From: Spirochaetia bacterium
GTDB taxonomy: Bacteria > Spirochaetota > Spirochaetia > WTKD01 > G963693115
Direction: 5' to 3'
DNA: 64,000 nt
NCBI GenBank assembly: GCA_965226055.1
Contig: CBDDCA010000006.1
Location: forward strand, 258,251-322,250
Within the stretch, counting starts at the first letter, position 1; each line of letters begins with the position of its first letter. Both the position numbers and the translations under genes were made by a program. Below the pieces are notes generated by a model. The model was not told the DNA's origin. It saw nothing but the letters and a program-made list of their open reading frames with translations, and did no database searches. Positions 48,014 through 56,190 of this stretch are shown here, piece by piece.

Positions 48014-48765
48014 TTTCTGTTAATAAGTACTTGTCTATTTAAAAATAAGAATAGAGCCGATACTGCAAGATAATATATAACATCTCTCGTATCAATAAGC
48101 CCTTTTACAAAACTGTCAAGATGTGTGGGCAAAGCAATATAGTCTATAAGCTGTGCTAAAAAACGTGGCAAGGCAGGCAAATTTGGAAGATATGCTATAA
48201 GGGTAAGCAAAAAAAGCACAAGTGCAGTTAAAAGGAAATTAGATATTTGATTTTTCGAAAGCGATGAGAGAAAACACCCAAGACTCACTTCGGTAGTAGT
48301 AAGCAGTATAATACCCAGATAGTTTGCAAAAAGTACGCCTAGCTCAAAATCACCAAACGGCAACAACGATAGCGTAAGAATAGTATTTATTACAATCATC
48401 ACAAGAAACAAGCTCAATGCCCCTAAAAACTTTCCTAACACTAACTGCCATTCAGTAAAAGGAAGGGTAAGTAGTAATTCATCTGAACCCGTTTTTTTCT
48501 CTTCTGACCATGTACGCATCGTTACCGCTGGTACTACTATAATAAAAAATATAGGAATAATACTAAAAATAGTGCGAAAATCTGCCCTATTTTGCACAAA
48601 AAATGCTTGAAATTGAAATGTCCATAAAGAGACAATCAATGTAAAAAAGAAAATAAGAATATATGCAATGGGAGAGCTAAAATATTGTTTTAACTCTTTT
48701 TTTACTAATATAAATGTCATGCTACTCTCCTGATTGTTTAGTAATTTTTTCAAAAATGGATTCAA
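48004..48765 (-). CDS. ABC-2 family permease (GldF-like)
   Basis: Six TM segments. The probable true start is the internal M (MTFILVKKEL..) at about 48720, abutting the ATPase stop. Confidence 0.7.
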   Translation of the reverse strand: MNPFLKKLLNNQESSMTFILVKKELKQYFSSPIAYILIFFFTLIVSLWTFQFQAFFVQNRADFRTIFSIIPIFFIIVVPAVTMRTWSEEKKTGSDELLLTLPFTEWQLVLGKFLGALSLFLVMIVINTILTLSLLPFGDFELGVLFANYLGIILLTTTEVSLGCFLSSLSKNQISNFLLTALVLFLLTLIAYLPNLPALPRFLAQLIDYIALPTHLDSFVKGLIDTRDVIYYLAVSALFLFLNRQVLINRKWR

Positions 48766-49663
48766 GGCTGGTACTTTTTTGACTTAATTCCCGTAATCGG
48801 ATACGCTCTTTACTTGCCCAATCAAAAAATATCTCACCTTTCATATACTCAGATAAACCAGTGATAATAACCTTCGTGGAATCATCTTTTTCTTCAACAA
48901 TGTCTACTTTATTCACTCCCTCAACATTTCCTAGAGAAAGCACTGTTTCTTTAGGAACATTGCCTACCAACTCTAAGGAAAATATATCTTCTCCTTTTAG
49001 CTGATGAGATATTTCCTCACTTGTTCCTTCTGCTACAATTTTTCCTTCATTTACAATAAGCACACGCTTACATAACACTTCAACTTCTTGTAGTATGTGA
49101 GTAGAGAGAATAACTGTTTTTGTTTCTCCTAGTTCTTGAATAACTTTCCGTATTTCTTTAATCTGATTTGGGTCTAGTCCTGATGTAGGTTCATCTAAAA
49201 TAACTACTGCAGGATCATGGATAATAGCCTGTGCAAGCCCTACCCTTTGCCTCATTCCTTTTGAAAGACTGGAAATAGGTTTGTACACAAAATCACTAAT
49301 ACCACAACGCTGTATTCCCTTATCTATTGCAGCACCTAAGTCTACCGAACTAATGCCTCTCGCTCTTCCAATAAACTGCAAGTACTCATACACGAGAAGA
49401 TCTTCGTACAGTGGAGTAGTTTCGGGCAAATATCCGACTTGCGATTTTGTAAAAACAGTGTCTTCCACCACACTTTTTCCTGCTATCTTTACTGTTCCAC
49501 TATGTGGATTATGATAGCCTGTTATCATTTTCATAATAGTAGTTTTTCCTGCCCCATTAGGACCAAGGAGACCCACTATTTCTCCTTCAGGTACAAAAAA
49601 ACTTACATCTCTTACTGCTGTAAATGTATCATACCTTTTTGTTACATTTTTTAATTCAATCAT
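48722..49663 (-). CDS. ABC transporter ATP-binding protein (GldA-like)
   Basis: Walker A GPNGAGKTT, LSKGMRQRVGLA, and Walker B ILDEPTSGLD. Confidence 0.85.
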   Translation of the reverse strand: MIELKNVTKRYDTFTAVRDVSFFVPEGEIVGLLGPNGAGKTTIMKMITGYHNPHSGTVKIAGKSVVEDTVFTKSQVGYLPETTPLYEDLLVYEYLQFIGRARGISSVDLGAAIDKGIQRCGISDFVYKPISSLSKGMRQRVGLAQAIIHDPAVVILDEPTSGLDPNQIKEIRKVIQELGETKTVILSTHILQEVEVLCKRVLIVNEGKIVAEGTSEEISHQLKGEDIFSLELVGNVPKETVLSLGNVEGVNKVDIVEEKDDSTKVIITGLSEYMKGEIFFDWASKERIRLRELSQKSTSLESIFEKITKQSGE

Positions 49664-49835
49664 ATGATAGAAATCCTCCTAGTCAATAGAGTTAATATTG
49701 TGTAATGATCAACTATTTATTTAAACTTTACTCCAGTATACAAATATACTAAACACTATGCAAGAGTTACGGGGAATAATTTTTGGGGAAATTAGAGGGT
49801 ACATTAGATAGTAGAACCATAAGTTTGTACTGTTT

Positions 49836-50699
49836 TTAATGAGAGATACTATTAACTTTTAAACTATCTTTGAAAAATAATATTTCTTTTCCATTCTTAG
49901 TTTTATTAGCAAAATGTTTTAGAATAAAAGGTTTTCTATTTTTTACCCAAGAAAAATTTTCATTTATTTCCTCTTTATCATCATAAGAAACAATCCAAGA
50001 AAATTTTTTAATATTTTTAATTTTTTCACTTAAGATTTTATGCTGATCTTGTTTATAAAAGTTTAAGTATAAATCTTTTCCTTTATTAAAATAGGGAGGA
50101 TCAAAATAAAATATTGTCTGCTTATTTTTTTCTTCTTTTTGAATTTTATCAATTAGTTCTAAAACATCTAGATTATGCAGAGTTATTTGTTCTTTATACC
50201 TTGCTATTAATTTGATTTTTTTTATTATTGTATCTTTATTGAATCTACAATTTAATTTATATTTTCCTTTTTGTTTTAAGCCTCCAATAGGACCTCCTTT
50301 TAAAATTCCTGAAAAATTTGCCCTATTTAAAAATAATGTAGAAAAGCCTACCTCTAATGATGAAAAATTTTGTATCTCTTTTTGTATTTCTTTTTGTTTT
50401 TTCCAATTTTCTATACTTATTTCTGTATCATGTATGAGTGTGCATAACTCATCAGTTTTATTCAAAACACAATACCAAAAAGAATAAATAGATTTGTCTA
50501 AATCATTTAAAGTTATTTTTTTAAATTTATTTTCTAATAAAAGATATAAACCAACTGAAGCTCCTCCACAAAAAGGCTCTACATAATGATCATTTATTTT
50601 ATTATCAGTGCAAATTTGAGAAATAAATTTTGAAAGCCTATTCTTTCCTCCTGGATATCTTAATGGTGAATAAAATTTATTTTTAATCATTTTTACCAT
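49836..50699 (-). CDS. Dam-family (D12, alpha-class) N6-adenine DNA methyltransferase
   Basis: 'YPGGKNRL' , then motif I 'EPFCGGASV', then 'NDLDKSIY', then motif IV 'FYFDPPYF'. The gene is very AT-rich compared with its neighbours. Confidence 0.8.
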   Translation of the reverse strand: MVKMIKNKFYSPLRYPGGKNRLSKFISQICTDNKINDHYVEPFCGGASVGLYLLLENKFKKITLNDLDKSIYSFWYCVLNKTDELCTLIHDTEISIENWKKQKEIQKEIQNFSSLEVGFSTLFLNRANFSGILKGGPIGGLKQKGKYKLNCRFNKDTIIKKIKLIARYKEQITLHNLDVLELIDKIQKEEKNKQTIFYFDPPYFNKGKDLYLNFYKQDQHKILSEKIKNIKKFSWIVSYDDKEEINENFSWVKNRKPFILKHFANKTKNGKEILFFKDSLKVNSISH

Positions 50700-51969
50700 A
50701 GTAATGCTTTAATATTTTCCCTACAATTTTAGAACACTGTAAAATATTTGTTTTATCATATTCAATATTTGCGTGAGCATATTTTGCTAATAACGATTCA
50801 AAATCAGAATTTTTTTTCAAAATGTCTGTGCCAATACTATTGAAATTTAATTCTTTTTGATCTAACATATCAGATGCTTTAATTTCTTTCATAAATTCTC
50901 CAAAAACAGCATCATCACTTGCTCGTTTATCTCCCTCATTTTCAAAATATTTTCTTCCAGCAGCCTCCATTATTAGTCTCAAAGACATACCTATAATAGG
51001 TAAGATATTTTTATCTCTTTTAAATGTTTCATAAATTTCATCTAGTATACTATACAAATCATTAACTTTTCCTTTTTTTAGTTCTAATTTTTCTCCAAAT
51101 AAAGTATCTACGATTGCTTTATCTCTAGGAGTTTTTCTTAGTTTTTTTTGTAAATTATTATCTTTTATCACATTCTTGCTACTCTGTTCTGTAAAATTTC
51201 TAATATTTAATTCTTTATCATCAATTAAAGGTTTTATTGATCCTCTATTTTTTCTTGTACTTATTTGTTTACTTTGAATCAATTGTATTAATTTTTCAAA
51301 AATTAATTGTAATTTTTCATCCTTTTCATATGAAGGATAAACACTCTCTAATTTATTATTTGAATCAAAATAAAAACCTAATTTGTAAAAATTATCTACA
51401 GTCAAAATTTCTGTTTTAATAAAATTTTGATCTAGTGCTTTATAATTCTCACTTATTAAATGTGTTGCTTCTTCAATTTTTAAAAATAAACTTTTTTCCT
51501 TTTTCAAATGATAATGATCAAAATAATCTTGTTGTAAAGCAGACCAAGTATTATTTCTTATATTATCTGCTTGTATAATTGTTAATGCTGTTTTCTCATT
51601 ACATAAAACACAAGAAATTTCTTTTAAGTTTACTAAATTTTTTGGTGGACTAGATGGAAATAATTTTTTTTCTATTACAACAGACCATTGTGGATTTTGT
51701 AAATATTTTAATACTACTATTCTTTTATTACCATCATAAACAATATGTTTTTTATTTTTAAAAACAACAATTGGTAATTTATTAAGATGATAGAAATCTC
51801 CCATTTCTTCAATTAGCTTTGGAATATTCCATTTATCTCTATCATCCTTTATGGCTTTTTTTATTATTTCTAAATCTCCAATATCTTCTCCAATTGGATC
51901 TCTTGGATTTTCAGTCCATAAATGTAATTCCGATATTTTTATCTCTTTGATTTTTTGATCATCACCCAT
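50683..51969 (-). CDS. ParB/Srx-like (DUF262-like) nuclease-domain protein, 428 aa. Its gene overlaps the start of the Dam-family MTase gene
   Basis: N-terminal 'ISELHLWTENPRDP ... LPIVVFKNKKHIVYDGNKRIVVLKYL' fits the ParB N-terminal/DUF262 pattern (NPR...DG.xR). I recognise no domain in the C-terminal half. Confidence 0.6.
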   Translation of the reverse strand: MGDDQKIKEIKISELHLWTENPRDPIGEDIGDLEIIKKAIKDDRDKWNIPKLIEEMGDFYHLNKLPIVVFKNKKHIVYDGNKRIVVLKYLQNPQWSVVIEKKLFPSSPPKNLVNLKEISCVLCNEKTALTIIQADNIRNNTWSALQQDYFDHYHLKKEKSLFLKIEEATHLISENYKALDQNFIKTEILTVDNFYKLGFYFDSNNKLESVYPSYEKDEKLQLIFEKLIQLIQSKQISTRKNRGSIKPLIDDKELNIRNFTEQSSKNVIKDNNLQKKLRKTPRDKAIVDTLFGEKLELKKGKVNDLYSILDEIYETFKRDKNILPIIGMSLRLIMEAAGRKYFENEGDKRASDDAVFGEFMKEIKASDMLDQKELNFNSIGTDILKKNSDFESLLAKYAHANIEYDKTNILQCSKIVGKILKHYYGKND

Positions 51970-52016
51970 ATATTTAATTCCTCCACCTCTCTTGCTTAAT
52001 CTACTTAATAAGTATA

Positions 52017-52958
52017 CTAATCTTTCAATGGAATTGTAAACACTTGCCTTTCTCTACAACATACGAGTGAGTCGAATATATTTTTTGCTTCTTTTTCAAT
52101 TTCTCCAATATCATTTAATGTATAACGAGGGCTAAAATGCAATAATGCAGCTTGGGTAACACCTCCACTTTCTTTCACCATTTGTGCAGCTTCCACCCCT
52201 GTTAAGTGTAATTTTTCTTTTGCTGCCTCCAAGTGTTCTTGCTTAAACATTCCTTCAATAAACACTAAGTCTGAACCTGCCATTTCTTGCACAATATCGG
52301 GCGTTGGACGTGTATCGGTAACATATACAATTTTTCTTCCGCTCCGTGAAGCCCCTAATACTTGATGAGGATAGTATGTTTTTTCGTCAATGGTAATTGT
52401 TTCTCCTCGCTGTAATGTTGCCCAGTGGGGACCTCGCGGTATGTTCAGCTGCACTGCCTTTTCTACATCAAATCGGCCTGGCCTCTCATGTTCAATAAAA
52501 GAAAAACCCCATACTTTACGGGTATGTTTTCCGAGAAATGTTTTGATATGAAATTCATTTTTTTTGTGACAATATACTACAGACTGATTATCCAGTTCTT
52601 CTAAAATAACATACTCTATATCAAAGTTAATGTACATACCAAGACTACGCCTTGTAGCTTCAATAAACTCTCTCACTGCTGCAGGACATACAATAGTAAG
52701 AGGAATATCACGCCCTACCTGTGAAGAGAGCATCAACAGACCAGGCAATCCCGTAACATGATCAGCATGAGAATGACTAATACATACTACATTGATTTTT
52801 TTCCAGCTTACAGAAGCCTTACGTAAACTCAACTGCAAGCCTTCACCACAATCAAACAATATCTCATCAGATCCACGTCTCAGCAATACAGACGACAAAT
52901 GCCTTCGAGGAAGAGGCAGAGACCCACTTGTTCCCATTACAATAGCTTCGAGAATCAT
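52017..52958 (-). CDS. rnz: Ribonuclease Z (tRNA 3' endonuclease, MBL fold)
   Basis: 'CISHSHADHVTGLPGLL' is the HxHxDH motif, with an N-terminal 'MGTSGSLP' and a length of ~310 aa. Confidence 0.85.
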   Translation of the reverse strand: MILEAIVMGTSGSLPLPRRHLSSVLLRRGSDEILFDCGEGLQLSLRKASVSWKKINVVCISHSHADHVTGLPGLLMLSSQVGRDIPLTIVCPAAVREFIEATRRSLGMYINFDIEYVILEELDNQSVVYCHKKNEFHIKTFLGKHTRKVWGFSFIEHERPGRFDVEKAVQLNIPRGPHWATLQRGETITIDEKTYYPHQVLGASRSGRKIVYVTDTRPTPDIVQEMAGSDLVFIEGMFKQEHLEAAKEKLHLTGVEAAQMVKESGGVTQAALLHFSPRYTLNDIGEIEKEAKNIFDSLVCCRERQVFTIPLKD

Positions 52959-52974
52959 ATATATGTAACTATGA

Positions 52975-54195
52975 CTATACTTCTACTTCTTTTGAATAGT
53001 CTACAGAGTCCCACATAAAACCATGAATAGTATAAAATTCCTTGCGAAATCCATGTATGTCTGTTTTTTCTTCAAGGTTAGTTTCATCTATTTGATTCCA
53101 AATATCCGCTACTTTCTTCTGAATATCGTCTCGCATTTCCCAATCATCCATACGAATACGCTGATGTTCATCAGTACGAATACCTACATTAGTCGCATGC
53201 TCACTTCCGTATATTCTTTCACTAAAGAGTCTCCCCATTTGTTCTATGCATCCTTCATGAATGCCTTCTTCTTTCATCACCTTATATAATATAGCAAGAT
53301 ACAAGGGAACGACAGGAATGACACTACTAGCTCGCGTTACTAACGCTTTATTTACCGAAACATATGCTCGACCGAGTCCTGCTGACTGCATTGCAGTATC
53401 AAGCTCATGTGCAGTAGCTTCTAAATCTTCTTTTGCTTTGCCTATTGTTCCGCTTCTATATAGCTCCTTTGTTAGTTCAGGACCGATATATGAAAACGCA
53501 ATATTGAAGGAATTTTCAGCCAATACCCCAGCTTTCATCAATGCCTCTGTCCATAGCTTCCAATCTTCTCCTCCCATCACTTTCACAGTGTGAGCAATCT
53601 CTTCCTCACTTGCAGGAGCAACATCAATATCATATAAAGAAGAATCAACTATATTGATTGACTTTCCTACAAAATTGTTTCCTATCGGTTTTAATACCGA
53701 ATTATATACTTCCCCTGTAGTAGGATCAATACGCTTTGGTGAAGCAAGGCTATAAATAACAAGATCTATCTTTCCCATTTCTTGCTGTATTACATCAATA
53801 CACTGCTGTTTTATTTCATTACTAAATGCGTCACCATAAATGGAGTTACACCAGAGCCCTGCTTGTTTTGCTTCCGCTTCAAAGGCATGCGTGTTATACC
53901 AGCCTACAGTAGCAGTTCGCTTTTTTGCAGGATTAGCAGGAGCTTCAAAGGCAACACTCAGTGTCTTTGCTCCATATCCAAATGCAGCAACAATACGCGA
54001 GGCTAAGCCATATCCTGCAGATCCTCCAAGAATCAGTACATTTTTCGGAGCATTACTGCTCTTATCTTGAATACTTTGTATGTGTTTTTTGACATACTCA
54101 ATTTGTGATTGCACTAATTTTGTACACCCAGTTGGATGTGCATTTATACAGACATTTTTCATTATTTTTGGTGATACTATCATACTTTCTGCCAT
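52975..54195 (-). CDS. fabV: Trans-2-enoyl-CoA/ACP reductase (FabV/Ter family)
   Basis: 'CINAHPTGC', 'GGSAGYGLASRI' and ~400 aa match the Ter/FabV pattern. The true start may be the internal M (MIVSPKIM) a few codons in. Confidence 0.8.
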   Translation of the reverse strand: MAESMIVSPKIMKNVCINAHPTGCTKLVQSQIEYVKKHIQSIQDKSSNAPKNVLILGGSAGYGLASRIVAAFGYGAKTLSVAFEAPANPAKKRTATVGWYNTHAFEAEAKQAGLWCNSIYGDAFSNEIKQQCIDVIQQEMGKIDLVIYSLASPKRIDPTTGEVYNSVLKPIGNNFVGKSINIVDSSLYDIDVAPASEEEIAHTVKVMGGEDWKLWTEALMKAGVLAENSFNIAFSYIGPELTKELYRSGTIGKAKEDLEATAHELDTAMQSAGLGRAYVSVNKALVTRASSVIPVVPLYLAILYKVMKEEGIHEGCIEQMGRLFSERIYGSEHATNVGIRTDEHQRIRMDDWEMRDDIQKKVADIWNQIDETNLEEKTDIHGFRKEFYTIHGFMWDSVDYSKEVEV

Positions 54196-54283
54196 ACTTA
54201 CTCCTATTGATTAAAATATATTACATGGTATTTTACATTATATTAAAACAATGGTATTGTTGCAGTAACTTATTATTGGGGAT

Positions 54284-54324
54284 CACGAGTTCAAGGATTA
54301 AATGCGACAAAGGAGCAAAAAAAG
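54284..54324 (+). repeat. Solo IS30-family left-end copy heading the second duplicated cassette
   Basis: The 58 bp from 54281 are identical to 54781-54838, the left end of the intact IS. Confidence 0.6.
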
Positions 54325-54473
54325 TAAGAAAAATAAAACAAAGCATATTTTTATTAGCTACTACATATAGTGTATATTTAGTATATAATTTTCAATTTAA
54401 GCACTAGAGAAATTTGCTTTATTTTTATATTAATGTTATACTAAATGCAGAATAATAAGAGAACAATAACATT

Positions 54474-54731
54474 ATGAGTGTACAAGTAAAAACTGATACA
54501 AAAGAAACTACTTTAATTTTAAATAATACCGATAAGGAAAATTTGGAAAGATGTTTCTCGGAATGGAAATTCAAAGATTATCAAAGTCTTATGAGGTTCG
54601 TATCATCTATTTTAATTGAGAGCGAAGATAAAATAACAATAGGCATTAAGAAAAGTGGAGTGCTAAAAGAATTTTCACCAGCAGACCATTTAGTAAACGA
54701 TGTCAGAACCTCAGAACAACCAAAAAAGTAG
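54474..54731 (+). CDS. Small hypothetical protein (85 aa), paralog of 27048-27281 with a divergent C-terminal tail
   Basis: Identical over the first ~72 residues apart from one substitution (A5V), then '..HLVNDVRTSEQPKK' where the other copy reads '..HLLKDS'. Confidence 0.45.
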   Translation: MSVQVKTDTKETTLILNNTDKENLERCFSEWKFKDYQSLMRFVSSILIESEDKITIGIKKSGVLKEFSPADHLVNDVRTSEQPKK

Positions 54732-54785
54732 TGATAATTATATCACCGATCAACAGTTAAAGGAATTTAATTATGTCACCGATCA

Positions 54786-55864
54786 CGAGTTCAAGGATTA
54801 AATGCGACAAAGGAGCAAAAAAAGTAAGAAAAAATAAAAAAAGGAGACACTCTATAATTGTATAAACGAAACAAATTAGGAGGTCTCCTTTATGAGTATA
54901 CCAAAAAACTCATTTCGTCATCTGACAGAGAAAGATCGTACTATTATCGCTACGCTCCGTCATGCAAAGTACAGTGTCAATGCTATAGCCAAACGCCTCA
55001 GTGTCCATCGCAGCACTGTCTATCGTGAAATACAACGCAATGGGGGCAAACGTGTCTATAATGAAGTCATTGCTCACAGACGGGCAAGAAAACGATGGGA
55101 ACAGAGTCATACAAAACACTCTGTTCTTTCTCATACTATTCGTACCTATATCGTTTTTCACCTTATTTTCGATGGCTGGTCGCCCGAACAAATAGCAGGA
55201 AGGCTCAGTATTGATATGCCTCAGTATGCTATCAGTCATGAGACGATATATCACTTTATTTACCGTTTCGCTCCTCATTTGACACAGTATCTGCGAAAAC
55301 AGCACCAAACACGCAAAAAAAGAACCATATCTCACTCTTTTTCTGTTTCTCGTATCCCTCATCGTGTCTCAGTACACGAACGAGGCGATGTTTCTAATGA
55401 ATATGGCCACTGGGAAGTAGATCTTGTTGGCTCTTCTTCAAAAGCTACTGTGCTTGCTTTAGTGGAAAAACATACCCGTTATGTTCTTTTTCATAAGATA
55501 CCTGACAAAACTGCTCATACCGTACAGTATGGCATGCTCTTTGCTCTAAGGAACATACCACGCCATTTATGTAACAGTTTCACTTATGATAATGGGAGTG
55601 AATTTATGCTCCATACTGAAATAAATACACGCTTGAATGCTCGTTCTTATTTTTGTACTCCTTACTGTGCTTGGGAAAAAGGATTAGTCGAACATTCTAT
55701 TGGATTATTACGTCAGTACTTTCCTAAGAAGACTTTGTTTCATAGAGTCAAGCAAAGTGATATACTACAAGTACAAACGCTTATCAATCATAGACCACGA
55801 AAATGTCTTCATTTTTTGACCCCTGCTGAAGCCTTTTCTGTCGCATTTAGTCCTTGAATCCGCA
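54786..55864 (+). mobile_element. Intact IS30-family insertion sequence (~1.08 kb) with terminal inverted repeats of ~23-25 bp
   Basis: IRL 'cgagttcaaggattaaatgcgaca' (54787-54810). The reverse complement of the right end (55839-55863) reads 'gcggattcaaggactaaatgcgaca'. A single transposase ORF is present and its stop lies inside the IRR. Confidence 0.8.
54892..55857 (+). CDS. IS30-family DDE transposase
   Basis: An N-terminal HTH ('..NAIAKRLSVHRSTVYREIQRNGG', cf. IS30 '..RSTISRELKRN') and a C-terminal DDE region (HWEVDLV ... YDNGSEF ... CLHF). An RBS 'aggagg' lies 8 nt upstream. Confidence 0.85.
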   Translation: MSIPKNSFRHLTEKDRTIIATLRHAKYSVNAIAKRLSVHRSTVYREIQRNGGKRVYNEVIAHRRARKRWEQSHTKHSVLSHTIRTYIVFHLIFDGWSPEQIAGRLSIDMPQYAISHETIYHFIYRFAPHLTQYLRKQHQTRKKRTISHSFSVSRIPHRVSVHERGDVSNEYGHWEVDLVGSSSKATVLALVEKHTRYVLFHKIPDKTAHTVQYGMLFALRNIPRHLCNSFTYDNGSEFMLHTEINTRLNARSYFCTPYCAWEKGLVEHSIGLLRQYFPKKTLFHRVKQSDILQVQTLINHRPRKCLHFLTPAEAFSVAFSP

Positions 55865-56137
55865 CTTAGTACAGAAAATAATAAGGAAATGATAATTACT
55901 CTTATGGCTGATAAATTTGAAATTGCTAAAGACGCAATGACTTATCGTCTGGGATTACAAAATAAATAGCTTTTTTATGATAGCCTAAAAAACTCTCTGT
56001 AATTGCCCATCATAGCAATACTACAAAAATTTTAATTTTTTACTATAATACTAGTGTATGATGATAACATACAATAATGAAACAAAAGGAGTATTTCTAT
56101 GAATGAAAATAGAGAGCTACAAAGTATGAAAAAAATC

Positions 56138-56152
56138 GGGGGGGGGGGGGGG
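56138..56152 (+). repeat. Homopolymeric G15 tract inside the 5' end of the lipoprotein reading frame (a candidate slipped-strand phase-variation switch)
   Basis: Counted directly: 'aaaaaatc' + 15 g + 'tacactc'. The upstream ATG at 56099 (with a GGAG RBS 8 nt upstream) reads MNENRELQSMKKIGGGGG and terminates at the TAA at 56177 in the current frame. Confidence 0.95.
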
Positions 56153-56190
56153 TACACTCTCGATATAAGCAAAACCTAACTATACTAGTA

